Source of the DNA: Eledone cirrhosa
Lineage: Eukaryota
Assembly: GCA_964016885.1 (NCBI GenBank)
Contig: OZ024765.1
Location: 23,002,001 to 23,066,000, forward strand
Length of the DNA: 64,000 nt
Reading direction: 5' to 3'
Shown: in pieces, positions 26,001 to 40,066 of the stretch
Layout: every line of letters starts with the position of its first letter
How positions within the stretch are numbered: position 1 is the first letter of the stretch
Position numbers and translations under genes: made by a program
Notes under the pieces: generated by a model
Seen by the model: the letters and a program-made list of their open reading frames with translations, nothing else
Told to the model about the DNA's origin: nothing
Database searches by the model: none

Positions 26001-26800
26001 ATGGATTCCGTCGTAGCCGTCACAATATTGTCCAACGTGACCATTTAGGTCGCCAGCAATAATTATATAGTCACTGTCGGTTATTTGGGAGGTAGTGAGC
26101 ATCAGTATCTCATAGAATCTGTCTTTTATAACGCCAGGCTGTCCGGACTGGGGTGCTACGCAGATATTACTGTCATAGTAGTTCTATTTAGAACAAGTCT
26201 TATTTTAATTATTCTGTCATTCACTCTATTTACATCTATTATCTTATCCACCCATTTTTCTGCTAACATGATTCCTACCCCACCCATCCCATTGTCATTT
26301 CCCACCCAGAAAAGCTTATAGCATCGTTTTTTACCCACAATGAATCTAGCAGACCCGCCCCTCCACCTGGTCTCTTGAATATAACAAACATCAACCTCCT
26401 TACGTTCAAGCATTTCCACGACCTCGTTTGAGCGACCTTTTAAGGTGCCTACATTCATGGTACCAACTCTGAAGTTTTGGATTGCGTTTGGTGGGTGGGG
26501 CGCGGGGATGGGGTTGGGATTATGTTGGCCATCCGCGGCCGAAACAAAGAGGAGGAGTCCTTGCCCTTTCGTCCGGCAGCATGAGGTGAATTTGTCGTTA
26601 TCTTTGGCATTGTCACTGAGTGTCCAGATTCTTCAGACTCTCCCGAAATTCCTTAGTCCATCCATCATATCGAAAAGCCACCAGGAGAAGTGATAGCATA
26701 GGCCGCTGATTTAGGATTGGTCCAAATAATAATGGTGGAGAGTGGGGGCGGGTGGGAGGGGTATGGGGTAGTTAGCGAGGAGAAGGTTTTAAATAAAGCA
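23010..26800 (-). mobile_element. Near full-length RTE-clade LINE (subfamily A), disrupted
   Basis: APE endonuclease (GTMNVGTL, IQETRW, SQVDYIL), RT (FVDLEKAFD, GVHQGSVLSPLLF, LLYADD), C4HC3 finger, 3'UTR and (TGA)n tail; stop at 26156-26158 and a frameshift/deletion near 25960-26000; 5' end approximate. Confidence 0.93.
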
Positions 26801-26860
26801 TATAACAGTAATAAGCGATATACTGGGATTTTAAAATACACAAGATATATATATACATAC

Positions 26861-27338
<478 letters not shown>

Positions 27339-27360
27339 TTATATATATATATATATATAT

Positions 27361-27874
27361 ATAAATCAGGAAAGAAGGTTGACATGGTTTGCTATACAAA
27401 AAAGGTTTTTAATCTCATAGCTGACAATTGTTTCTCTGAACTGGTAGGTCTAGAGATCGCTATCCGCTTATAAGCGAATAGCGATCCCTAGACCTACCAG
27501 TTCAGAGAAACAATTGTCAGCTATGAGATTAAAAACCTATGGTAGGTCTAGGGATCGCTATTCGCTTATAAGCGAATAGCGATCTCTAGACCTACCAGTT
27601 CAGAGAAACAATTGTCAGCTATGAGATTAAAAACCTATGGTAGGTCTAGGGATCGCTATCCGCTTATAAGCGAATAGCGATCCCTAGACCTACCAGTTCA
27701 GAGAAACAATTGTCAGCTATGAGATTAAAAACCTATGGTAGGTCTAGGGATCGCTATTCGCTTATAAGCGAATAGCGATCTCTAGACCTACCAGTTCAGA
27801 GAAACAATTGTCAGCTATGAGATTAAAAACCTTTTTTGTATAGCAAACCATGTCAACCTTCTTTCCTGATTTAT
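27361..27874. repeat. Palindrome with internal 98-bp tandem amplification
   Basis: Outer arms ataaatcaggaaag.../...ctttcctgatttat; internal period 98 (27541, 27639, 27737). Confidence 0.9.
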
Positions 27875-28190
27875 TATTACTCCAAGTGTTTACAACATAG
27901 GAATTACAGCATACCCGCAGCATCACTATGAAAACGCCTTGTTGAGTCAAACCAAGCCAAGCGTTAATATCATCCACTACCTGGAATACCATAACTGGAT
28001 TATACCTAAGTGGACTGCATTTAACTATTATTTGTTACCCCGTATATATATATATATATATATATTATATATGTGTGTGTCATTTTATAGTACAAGGAGC
28101 TGTAATGGCTGCCAATTCTCTCCCTTTATATAAATTATATTTCTTTGTGAAACTATCTTCTTACTAAAGTTGTTGTTGTTTGTATTGTAG

Positions 28191-28349
28191 GAAACATCTG
28201 TGTCCAGCACTGATATCTCTGCTAGGAACTCCAAGATCGGAGCGGAGTGTCACAACACCACGGAATCCCGATGATGAAATTGGACGCGGTTCTGGATGTT
28301 CGACAACGGCCCCTAACTTACTTGCCACCACAACTAAAGTGATTTACAA
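28191..28349 (+). CDS. ARFGEF3: ARFGEF3/BIG3 coding exon
   Basis: ttgtag|GAAA...TACAA|gtaagt; 159 nt, KHLCPALISLLGTPRSERSVTTPRNPDDEIGRGSGCSTTAPNLLATTTKVIY (cf. KNLCPALIVILG...GRGSGCSCTAP). Confidence 0.92.
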
Positions 28350-28387
28350 GTAAGTCTTCTGTCTTCTCCCACAAATATACATTCAAG

Positions 28388-28434
<47 letters not shown>

Positions 28435-28476
28435 GATATTAAACAAATGGAAACTATATTTATAAAACCATATTTA

Positions 28477-28537
28477 TTTCATTATACATATTTCAGGGAT
28501 ACCATATTAAAATATGGCATGCCTTCGTCAGATAAAA
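28477..28537 (-). ncRNA. Type I hammerhead ribozyme (left arm of inverted repeat 28433-28758)
   Basis: Reverse complement of 28653-28713. Confidence 0.7.
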
Positions 28538-28652
28538 TACAATATATAAACAGTTTTATAAATAATTTTGACTATCCAGACAGCTTCCTAATATAATGGT
28601 CGCTTATATTATGGTACGTCAAAATTATTTATAAAACTGTTTATATATTGTA

Positions 28653-28713
28653 TTTTATCTGACGAAGGCATGCCATATTTTAATATGGTATCCCTGAAAT
28701 ATGTATAATGAAA
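28653..28713 (+). ncRNA. Type I hammerhead ribozyme
   Basis: Stem I ttttat/atgaaa; CTGACGA; stem II agg-c-atgccatatt/aatatggtat-c-cct; GAAA; near-palindromic stem III; predicted cleavage after ATA at 28707. Confidence 0.72.
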
Positions 28714-28843
28714 TAAATATGGTTTTATAAATATAGTTTCCATTTGTTTAATATCGTATATCTACTCCAAAAAATTTTCGAGTGCTTTATATCAGTTATA
28801 AAATATTTATTTGTTGTAACCCAACAATTTTAAATAAAACCTT

Positions 28844-28876
<33 letters not shown>

Positions 28877-28880
<4 letters not shown>

Positions 28881-29581
28881 TCATCATCATCATCATCACC
28901 GTTTTACGTCCGTTCTTCCACGCTAGCATGGGTTAGACGGGTTGTCCTGTTGTGGGCAGTGTCTGGTCGGCTGACCATGCCTTGCTCATACAGGAACTGA
29001 TCTGGCTTGATTTCTACAGCTGGATGCCCTTCCTAACACCAACCTCATTTACAGTGAGTGCTGGGTGCTTTTTCGTGGCGCCTACATGTCCACTTTACAG
29101 TGAGTGCTGGGTGCTTTTTTGCCGTGGCACCTCCACGACCACCTTGCGGTGGGGGGGAGTGGGAGCATATTGTTTATATGCTTCAGCATGTACCCATGGG
29201 AGGTCGGGTACCCTGTATTACTGCGTGACGCCAGAAGTCACGGTCGTGTGTCATTGACTTTGAGAGGTGTAGTTGGGTAAGGTCGGCTTTTATCACCTCA
29301 TCCCAAGTCATCTTGGGTCTCCCCACTCCGCGGTTTCCATCAACTTCTAGTGCTCTGCACCTTTTTATGCAGCTGTCATCCTTCATACGCATCACATGTC
29401 CATACCAGCGTAACCGCCTCTCCTGCACACAGCATTTGATTCCTCTTATGCTCAGTCTCTCTCTCAATTCCTTTATGCTTTGTCGTTCGCGTATATTACT
29501 GTTACACATCCATCGGAGCATGCAGGCTTCGTTTCTCTCTAATCTACGTAAGTCTTCCACCTTCAGCGCCCAGGTCTCACT
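28877..29581 (-). mobile_element. RTE LINE 3' fragment (subfamily B)
   Basis: SETWALKVEDLRRLERNE...WRHAVIQGTRP, 3'UTR and (TGA)n; both ends abut (TA)n. Confidence 0.9.
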
Positions 29582-29926
29582 ATATATATATAGTGAAATA
29601 AAATAACAAGGACGATTGGTTACTCCTTCATTACGTTTATTGGTAGGTGACGTGCGTTTCACCACTCATCAGCTCAAGGTTCGATCTGTATCGATCTGAC
29701 CTGACTCTGTAATCCGCGGCTCGTCAGACCCCTTATAATGGTAATACACTCTGTCTAGCTCTACACCTCGACACTGAAGTGAACCTAAATATTGAGTGCT
29801 CACCCGGGTGAACCTACAGTAACTCCAAGTTACACTCCATGGATATATATAGCAAAGAAAGTGTGGTAAGAAACCAGGTGGACCATAACCCACCAGAGTA
29901 CTTGATACTTATGGTAGTAGAGTGGG

Positions 29927-29967
<41 letters not shown>

Positions 29968-29970
<3 letters not shown>

Positions 29971-30648
29971 CATAAACGAACTAAGGAGAAAATTAGAAAT
30001 AAGAGGGATCAGATGTTGTTTACTCGAGAGAAGGCTACGTTGGTATGGTCACGTGATGCGCATGAAAGACGACAGCTGTATAACAAAGTGCAGGGAAATA
30101 AAGATAGACGGTAGCCACGGAATAGGCAGACCCAGAAAAACCTGGGACGAGCTGATAAATTCCGACCTCACACACTTACACCTCTCCAAGACAATGTCAC
30201 TGGACCGAGACCTTTGGCGGTACTCAGTAATAGAGAAGACCCGCCTTACCTAAATACAAAGTAAAACCTACTACAGTCAGTAGGCACCTCTAACAAAAAT
30301 ACACCCCCGTCCCACTACCCCCACCCCATCCACACCACCCCTTTCAATGTAAAGTTATGTTGGTGCCACAACATCCAGTCCTAAACAAATGAGATCGTGT
30401 AGGTGTCACGACAAAAAAACACAGTCCACGCTGTAATGTGGCCGTATAGGTAACACGGTAAAAACCTCCCAGTCCCACACTGTAAATGTGGTTGGTGTTA
30501 GGAAGGGCATCCAACTGTAGAAAACCCGCCAGACAGTCCTATGCGAGCAAGACAATCACTCTTGCCTCAAGTGGGAAAACTCCCGTCCAAACCCATGCAA
30601 GCGTGGAACACGGACGTTAAACGATGATGATGATGATGATGATGATGA
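29968..30648 (+). mobile_element. RTE LINE 3' fragment (subfamily A)
   Basis: Protein end WRYSVIEKTRLT*, 3'UTR and (GAT)n. Confidence 0.9.
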
Positions 30649-30835
30649 TATAAATTCAAATGCTATACAAAAAAAGTTTCTTTCATAGTGTTTATTAATT
30701 AGATCAATGATTGGTGATTTAACCCAATCAATGGATCAATTATAAAGATTATATTCTGGAATTTATCCTGAAACAGCCATATAAGTGAATTTAGACAATC
30801 CCGAGTTCTTTCTTTCTATGAGTACATTTATTATA

Positions 30836-31491
30836 TCATCATCATCATCATCATCAACGTTTAACGTCCGTGTTCCACGCTTGCATGGGTTTGGACGGGG
30901 GTTTTCCCACTTGAGGCAAGAGTGATTGTCTTGCTCGCATAGGACTGTCTGGCAGGTTTTCTACAGTTGGATGCCCTTCCTAACACCAACCACATTTACA
31001 GTGTGGGTCTGGGAGGTTTTTACTGTGTTGCCTACACGGCCACATTACAGCGTGGACTGTGTGTTTTTTTGTCGTGACACCTACACGATCTCATTTGTTT
31101 CGGCCTGGATGGTGTGGCACCAACATAACTTTACATAGAAGGGGGCGGTGTGGATGAGGTGGGGGTGGCGGGACGGGGGTGTATTTTGTAAGAGATGCCT
31201 ACTGACTGTAGTAGGTTTTACTTTGTATTTAGGTAAAGCGGGTCTTCTCTATTACTGAGTACCGCCAAAGGTCTCGGTCCAGTGACATTGTCTTGGTGAG
31301 GTGTAAGTGTGTGAGGTCGGAGTTTATCAGCTCGTCCCAGGTTTTTCTGGGTCTGCCTACTCCGTGGCTACCGTCTATCTTTATTGCCCTGCACTTTGTT
31401 ATACAGCTATCGTCCTTCATGCGCATCACGTGACCATACCAACGTAGCCTTCTCTCTAGTAAACAACATCTGATCCCTCTTATTTCTAATT
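30836..31491 (-). mobile_element. RTE LINE 3' fragment (subfamily A), inverted relative to 29968-30648
   Basis: Same sequence on the opposite strand. Confidence 0.9.
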
Positions 31492-31640
31492 TATATATAT
31501 ATATTTACACGATACTAGTTTTTTCTCTACAAGAAATATGAAAGACTCTTTTGTATATTGTTTGTATAACTTATGGTCTGAGCTTAATGTTCATTAGGCT
31601 TCTTTTGTTGAGGAACTTAATATACATTATATATATGTGA

Positions 31641-31687
<47 letters not shown>

Positions 31688-31691
<4 letters not shown>

Positions 31692-33159
31692 TAGAATTAA
31701 CAATGAATATTGTGAAGAATTTAGTGTAAAAGTTGGTGTTCATCAGGGCTCTGTCCTTAGCCCCCTCCTACTTACTATTGCCCTTCAGGCTATAACAGAG
31801 GAGCGTCAAGACCGGCTGCCCATGGGAACTCCTATACGCAGATGATCTAACGCTCATAGCTGGATCAATGGCTGAACTAGAGAAGAAATTCCAAACATGG
31901 AAGCATGGCCTAGAATCAAAAGGCCTTAAAGTTAACTTGTCTAAGACTAAAGTTCTAGTTTGTAGAAAGGAAAATAAGGCACTGGTACCCTCAGGGAAAT
32001 TGTCTTGCTCAGTGTGTAGGAAAGGAGTAGACAGAAATTCAATTTTATGTCCCAAATGCAAAGTATGGGTACATAAAAGATGTAGTGGGATCACAGGTAA
32101 ACTATCTAAGAATGTAGACTTTATATGTGGCCGATGCTCAGGTGCAATAAGTAGCAAGTGTCCACAGGATACTAGCTCCTTCTATTGCCCAGATGGTTCT
32201 ATAGAAATAGTAGACACTTTCCATTACCTGGGTGACAAAATCAGCAGTGGTGGAGGGTGCTCTGAAAGTACAGTAGCCAGAGTCAGAACGGGATGGAAAA
32301 AGTTCAGAGAGCTTATACCACTATTGGACGCTAAAGGGTTCTCTCTAAAAATGAAAGGCAGGCTGTATGATGCCTGCATACGAACAGCAATGTTACATGG
32401 CAGTGAGACATGGGCATTGTGTGCAGAGGATATACGCAGACTAGAGAGGAACGAAGCTTGCATGCTCTGTTGCATGTGTAATAGTAATATATGTGAACGG
32501 CAAAGCATAAATGAACTAAGTGAAAAATTAGGAATAAGAGGGATCAGATGTTGTTTACTTGAGAGAAGACTATGTTGGTATGGCCACGTGATGCGCATGA
32601 AAGACGACAGCTGTATAAAAAATGCAGGGAGATCAAAATTGATGGAAGTTACGGAGTAGGTAGACCCAGAAAAACCTGGGATGATCTGATAAATTCCGAC
32701 CTTACACACTTACATCTCTCTAAGGCAATGTCACTGGACCGAGATGTTTGGCACTACGCAGTAATACAGAAGACCCGCCTTGCCTAAGTACAAAGCAAAA
32801 CCTACAGTCAGTAGGCACCTCCTAACCAAAAATACACCCCCATCCCCATCTACACCACCCCTTTCGATGTAAAGTTATGTTGGTACCACAACATCCAGTC
32901 CGAAACAAATGAGGTCGTGTAGGTGTCACAACAAAAAACACACAGTCCACGCTGTAATGTGGCCGTGTAGGCAACACAGTAAAAACCTCCCAGTCCACAC
33001 TGTAAATGTGGTTGGTGTTAGGAAGGGCATCCAGCCGTAGAAAACCTGCCAGACAGTCCTATATGAGTGAGACACGGTTCAACCAACCTTGCCACAAGTG
33101 GGACAACTCCCGTATAACCCATGCTAACATGGGAGATGGACGTTAAATGATGATGATGA

Positions 33160-33160
<1 letters not shown>
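31688..33160 (+). mobile_element. RTE LINE 5'-truncated copy (subfamily A)
   Basis: GVHQGSVLSPLL, frameshift, YADD region, C4HC3 finger, 3'UTR and (GAT)n. Confidence 0.92.
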
Positions 33161-34985
<1,825 letters not shown>

Positions 34986-35924
34986 CTACTGCACCAAATG
35001 ACCAGCCCTGTCCACTGTCCAGTTGGTCAAGTAGAGATTAAAATCGGCACCCCCAAAATTCTTATTTAGATTTACTCATGGTATTCTCATTAAAAACCCA
35101 TTATATACTTGTTTAGCAGTAAATTGAATTACCATCTGTCATATACTATCCCCTCTCTCCTTACTCTATTACTAATATAAATACTTCAATTTTTCTGATT
35201 TTATCCAGTTTATCCAAAATCTCTGAAGAAGTGACAACTGATTATACATTTGCTATCGAATACTTGCTAACATTATATGATTACGCAAGCAGCGATACAT
35301 AGGTATTCCGTCTGTTACAGAAACATATGTCAATACCTAATAAATTCCTTTTTTAACAAAAGCACTTTCATTTTATATTCATCCTTTCTACATTTCTCCG
35401 GAATATAATTTATACTCGTTGAGCAAACCTACACGTACGCTGTTCATCTCTAACGTAACGATATATTATCACTACATTATTGATAACCTGAAATTTTATT
35501 GTATATATATATATGTATATATATATATATGTATATATGTATGTATATATGTATATATATATATATGTATATATGTATGTATATATGTATATATATATAT
35601 GTATATATGTATGTATATATATATATGTATATATATATGTTGTTATACTTTGGGAGGGTCATGTTGCCAATTATTGGCAACATGACCCTCCCAAAGTATA
35701 ACAATATCGGTTTCAACACACAATTTCAGATAAAGAATCTTGCTAAACAAATTCAGAAACGAAATATATATATATGTATATATATATATATATGTATATA
35801 TATATGTATATATATATATATGTGAATATAGACATAGAATATTCGAGAATATTCTGTATGTTTATAATAAACATTTTGAAGACCTAATCGCTATAGAATA
35901 GAATACGTCACGTATTACAATTAG

Positions 35925-36013
35925 ATTCTCGATAAAAGCAAGGGAAGTAATCTACGCGTTTCATTCTCGTTAGAAATCATCAGGACTACATATCCAGTGC
36001 TTTTATCGAGAAT
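35925..36013 (-). ncRNA. Type I hammerhead ribozyme (copies also at 36235-36323, 36545-36633, 36855-36943)
   Basis: Reverse complement of 37221-37309. Confidence 0.85.
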
Positions 36014-37220
36014 GACACAGCTAGAGACTTATAGAATACTTAGCTGTGTACAGGAACTGGTTTGAAAGAGCGGTTGCCGGTCCGGCAGAAATTAGAAATT
36101 GGAATAAATGCTCTGAAATAGCGATATATATGTGAATATAGACATAGAATATTCGAGAATATTCTGTATGTTTATAATAAACATTTTGAAGACCTAATCG
36201 CTATAGAATAGAATACGTCACGTATTACAATTAGATTCTCGATAAAAGCAAGGGAAGTAATCTACGCGTTTCATTCTCGTTAGAAATCATCAGGACTACA
36301 TATCCAGTGCTTTTATCGAGAATGACACAGCTAGAGACTTATAGAATACTTAGCTGTGTACAGGAACTGGTTTGAAAGAGCGGTTGCCGGTCCGGCAGAA
36401 ATTAGAAATTGGAATAAATGCTCTGAAATAGCGATATATATGTGAATATAGACATAGAATATTCGAGAATATTCTGTATGTTTATAATAAACATTTTGAA
36501 GACCTAATCGCTATAGAATAGAATACGTCACGTATTACAATTAGATTCTCGATAAAAGCAAGGGAAGTAATCTACGCGTTTCATTCTCGTTAGAAATCAT
36601 CAGGACTACATATCCAGTGCTTTTATCGAGAATGACACAGCTAGAGACTTATAGAATACTTAGCTGTGTACAGGAACTGGTTTGAAAGAGCGGTTGCCGG
36701 TCCGGCAGAAATTAGAAATTGGAATAAATGCTCTGAAATAGCGATATATATGTGAATATAGACATAGAATATTCGAGAATATTCTGTATGTTTATAATAA
36801 ACATTTTGAAGACCTAATCGCTATAGAATAGAATACGTCACGTATTACAATTAGATTCTCGATAAAAGCAAGGGAAGTAATCTACGCGTTTCATTCTCGT
36901 TAGAAATCATCAGGACTACATATCCAGTGCTTTTATCGAGAATGACACAGCTAGAGACTTATAGAATACTTAGCTGTGTACAGGAACTGGTTTGAAAGAG
37001 CGGTTGCCGGTCCGGCAGAAATTAGAAATTGGAATAAATGCTCTGAAATAGCGATATATATGTGAATATAGACATAGAATATTCGAGAATATTCTGTATG
37101 TTTATAATAAACATTTTGAAGACCTAATCGCTATAGAATAGAATACGTCACGTATTACAAACGCTCTTTCAAACCAGTTCCTGTACACAGCTAAGTATTC
37201 TATAAGTCTCTAGCTGTGTC

Positions 37221-37309
37221 ATTCTCGATAAAAGCACTGGATATGTAGTCCTGATGATTTCTAACGAGAATGAAACGCGTAGATTACTTCCCTTGCTTTT
37301 ATCGAGAAT
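37221..37309 (+). ncRNA. Type I hammerhead ribozyme (copies also at 37531-37619, 37841-37929)
   Basis: Stem I gtagtc/gattac with a distal 16-bp attctcgataaaagca/tgcttttatcgagaat; CTGATGA at 37251-37257; stem II ttct/agaa; GAAAC; palindromic stem III ACGCGT; predicted cleavage after GTA at 37281. Confidence 0.88.
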
Positions 37310-38111
37310 CTAATTGTAATACGTGACGTATTCTATTCTATAGCGATTAGGTCTTCAAAATGTTTATTATAAACATACAGAATATTCTCGAATATTCTAT
37401 GTCTATATTCACATATATATCGCTATTTCAGAGCATTTATTCCAATTTCTAATTTCTGCCGGACCGGCAACCGCTCTTTCAAACCAGTTCCTGTACACAG
37501 CTAAGTATTCTATAAGTCTCTAGCTGTGTCATTCTCGATAAAAGCACTGGATATGTAGTCCTGATGATTTCTAACGAGAATGAAACGCGTAGATTACTTC
37601 CCTTGCTTTTATCGAGAATCTAATTGTAATACGTGACGTATTCTATTCTATAGCGATTAGGTCTTCAAAATGTTTATTATAAACATACAGAATATTCTCG
37701 AATATTCTATGTCTATATTCACATATATATCGCTATTTCAGAGCATTTATTCCAATTTCTAATTTCTGCCGGACCGGCAACCGCTCTTTCAAACCAGTTC
37801 CTGTACACAGCTAAGTATTCTATAAGTCTCTAGCTGTGTCATTCTCGATAAAAGCACTGGATATGTAGTCCTGATGATTTCTAACGAGAATGAAACGCGT
37901 AGATTACTTCCCTTGCTTTTATCGAGAATCTAATTGTAATACGTGACGTATTCTATTCTATAGCGATTAGGTCTTCAAAATGTTTATTATAAACATACAG
38001 AATATTCTCGAATATTCTATGTCTATATTCACATATATATCGCTATTTCAGAGCATTTATTATATATATATATGTATGTATATATATGTATATATGTATA
38101 TATATATGTAT

Positions 38112-38152
<41 letters not shown>

Positions 38153-38155
38153 TGT

Positions 38156-38249
<94 letters not shown>

Positions 38250-38266
38250 ATATATATATATGTATG

Positions 38267-38349
<83 letters not shown>

Positions 38350-38469
38350 TCGAGAGCTATGATTAAGTATTGATTTTGTTCAGTGTCAACTCTTCCAACG
38401 CTTTGTTGTATTGTCTAATTATTGATGTTGTGGCTAACATGCCTTGTCCCTTTACCCTCTCTTCCACAG

Positions 38470-38602
38470 CATTGCTGTCCAACTGGTGCGTTTAGTCGGA
38501 TCTATTGGCAGTCTAAGACCTGTCCTGGAATCCCTCTTCCATCGGATGCTGCTGTATCCCCCACCTCAACACAGGCATGATGCTTTGAAAGCTCTCAAAC
38601 TG
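38470..38602 (+). CDS. ARFGEF3: ARFGEF3/BIG3 coding exon
   Basis: ccacag|CATT...AAACTG|gttcgt; 133 nt, [44 protein letters not shown] (cf. [31 protein letters not shown]). Confidence 0.95.
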
Positions 38603-38784
38603 GTTCGTATTGATTTATATTATACACAAGTTTCTGTGGAATACTCAGCCACATATGTGATTACATAGCACAAACTGTACCTGTAATTGTACCTGGTACC
38701 ATTCTCACACACACACACACGCACACACACACACACACACACACACTTACACAAACTGTACCTGTAATTGTACCTGGTACCATT

Positions 38785-38817
<33 letters not shown>

Positions 38818-38892
38818 ACACACACACACACACACACACAAACAAACACACCCATCTTCATATTGTGCAGAGGCGTATTTAGGGTATGGCAC

Positions 38893-39850
38893 CCATGGCA
38901 CGTACCATGGGCCCCACTTAAAAGGGGGCACTACCTAGACTAGGATCACGTGCCATGGGCCCCACTTAAAAGGGGGAGCTACCTGGACTAGGATCACGTG
39001 CCATGGGCCCCACTTAAAAGGGGGAGCTACCTGGACTAGGAGCACGTGCCATGGGCCCCACTTAAAAGGGGGAGCTACCTGGACTAGGATCACGTGCCAT
39101 GGGCCCCACTTAAAAGGGGGCACTACCTGGACTAGGATCACGTGGCATGGGCCCCACTTAAAAGGGGGCACTACCTAGACTAGGATTACGTGGCATGGGC
39201 TCCACTTAAAAGGGGGCACTACCTGGACTAGGAGCACTTACCATGGGCTCCACTTAAAAGTGGGAGCTACCTGGACTAGGATCACGTGGCATGGGCTCCA
39301 CTTAAAAGGGGGCACTACCTGGACTAGGAGCACGTGGCATGGGCTCCACTTAAAAGGGGGAGCTACCTGGACTAGGATCACGTGGCATGGGCTCCACTTA
39401 AAAGGGGGCACTACCTGGACTAGGAGCACGTGCCATGGGCCCCACTTAAAAGGGGGTGCTACCTGGACTAGGAGCACGTGGCATGGGCTCCACTTAAAAG
39501 GGGGCACTACCTAGACTAGGAGCACGTGCCATGGGCCCCACTTAAAAGGGGGAGCTACCTGGACTAGGAGCACGTGCCATGGGCCCCACTTAAAAGGGGG
39601 CACTACCTGGACTAGGAGCACGTGGCATGGGCCCCACTTAAAAGGGGGCACTACCTGGACTAGGAGCACTGACTATGGGCGCTACCTGGACTAGGAGCAC
39701 ATGCCATGGGTGCTACTTGGAAGGGGGGGCTACCTGGACTAGGAGCACATGCCATGGGTGCTACTTGGAAGGGGGGGACTACCTGGACTAGGAGCACATG
39801 CCATGGGTGCTAATTGGAAGGGGGGGGGACTACCTGGACTAGGAGCACTT
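38893..39850. repeat. 48-bp GC-rich minisatellite (~16 copies plus degenerate end units)
   Basis: Unit cacgtgccatgggccccacttaaaagggggcactacctggactaggat. Confidence 0.93.
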
Positions 39851-40066
39851 TCTGTTAAAGTCAGATAAGGTATTGCCAGAGAGTGAAAAAAGAAACTACT
39901 TCTGATGTATGATCTGTCTCTGTCATGGGTGAGAAACACTATGGTGGTTGGATCATTAAACTGCTTATATAAATTATTAGACCTCCATAGGTGCTGGCAA
40001 CTACAATATCCCAGAGGCATACCTTATAATATGACTTGTCAAATATTTCAATAGGGTTTTAATATT

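Larger units (their letters stand above)
35815..38060. mobile_element. Retrozyme-like array: 310-bp hammerhead-containing unit, ~4.3 copies (ribozyme on -) then ~2.9 inverted copies (ribozyme on +)
   Basis: Period 310 (35821, 36131, 36441, 36751, 37061); inversion junction at 37160/37161; (TA)n on both flanks; no ORF. Confidence 0.82.
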
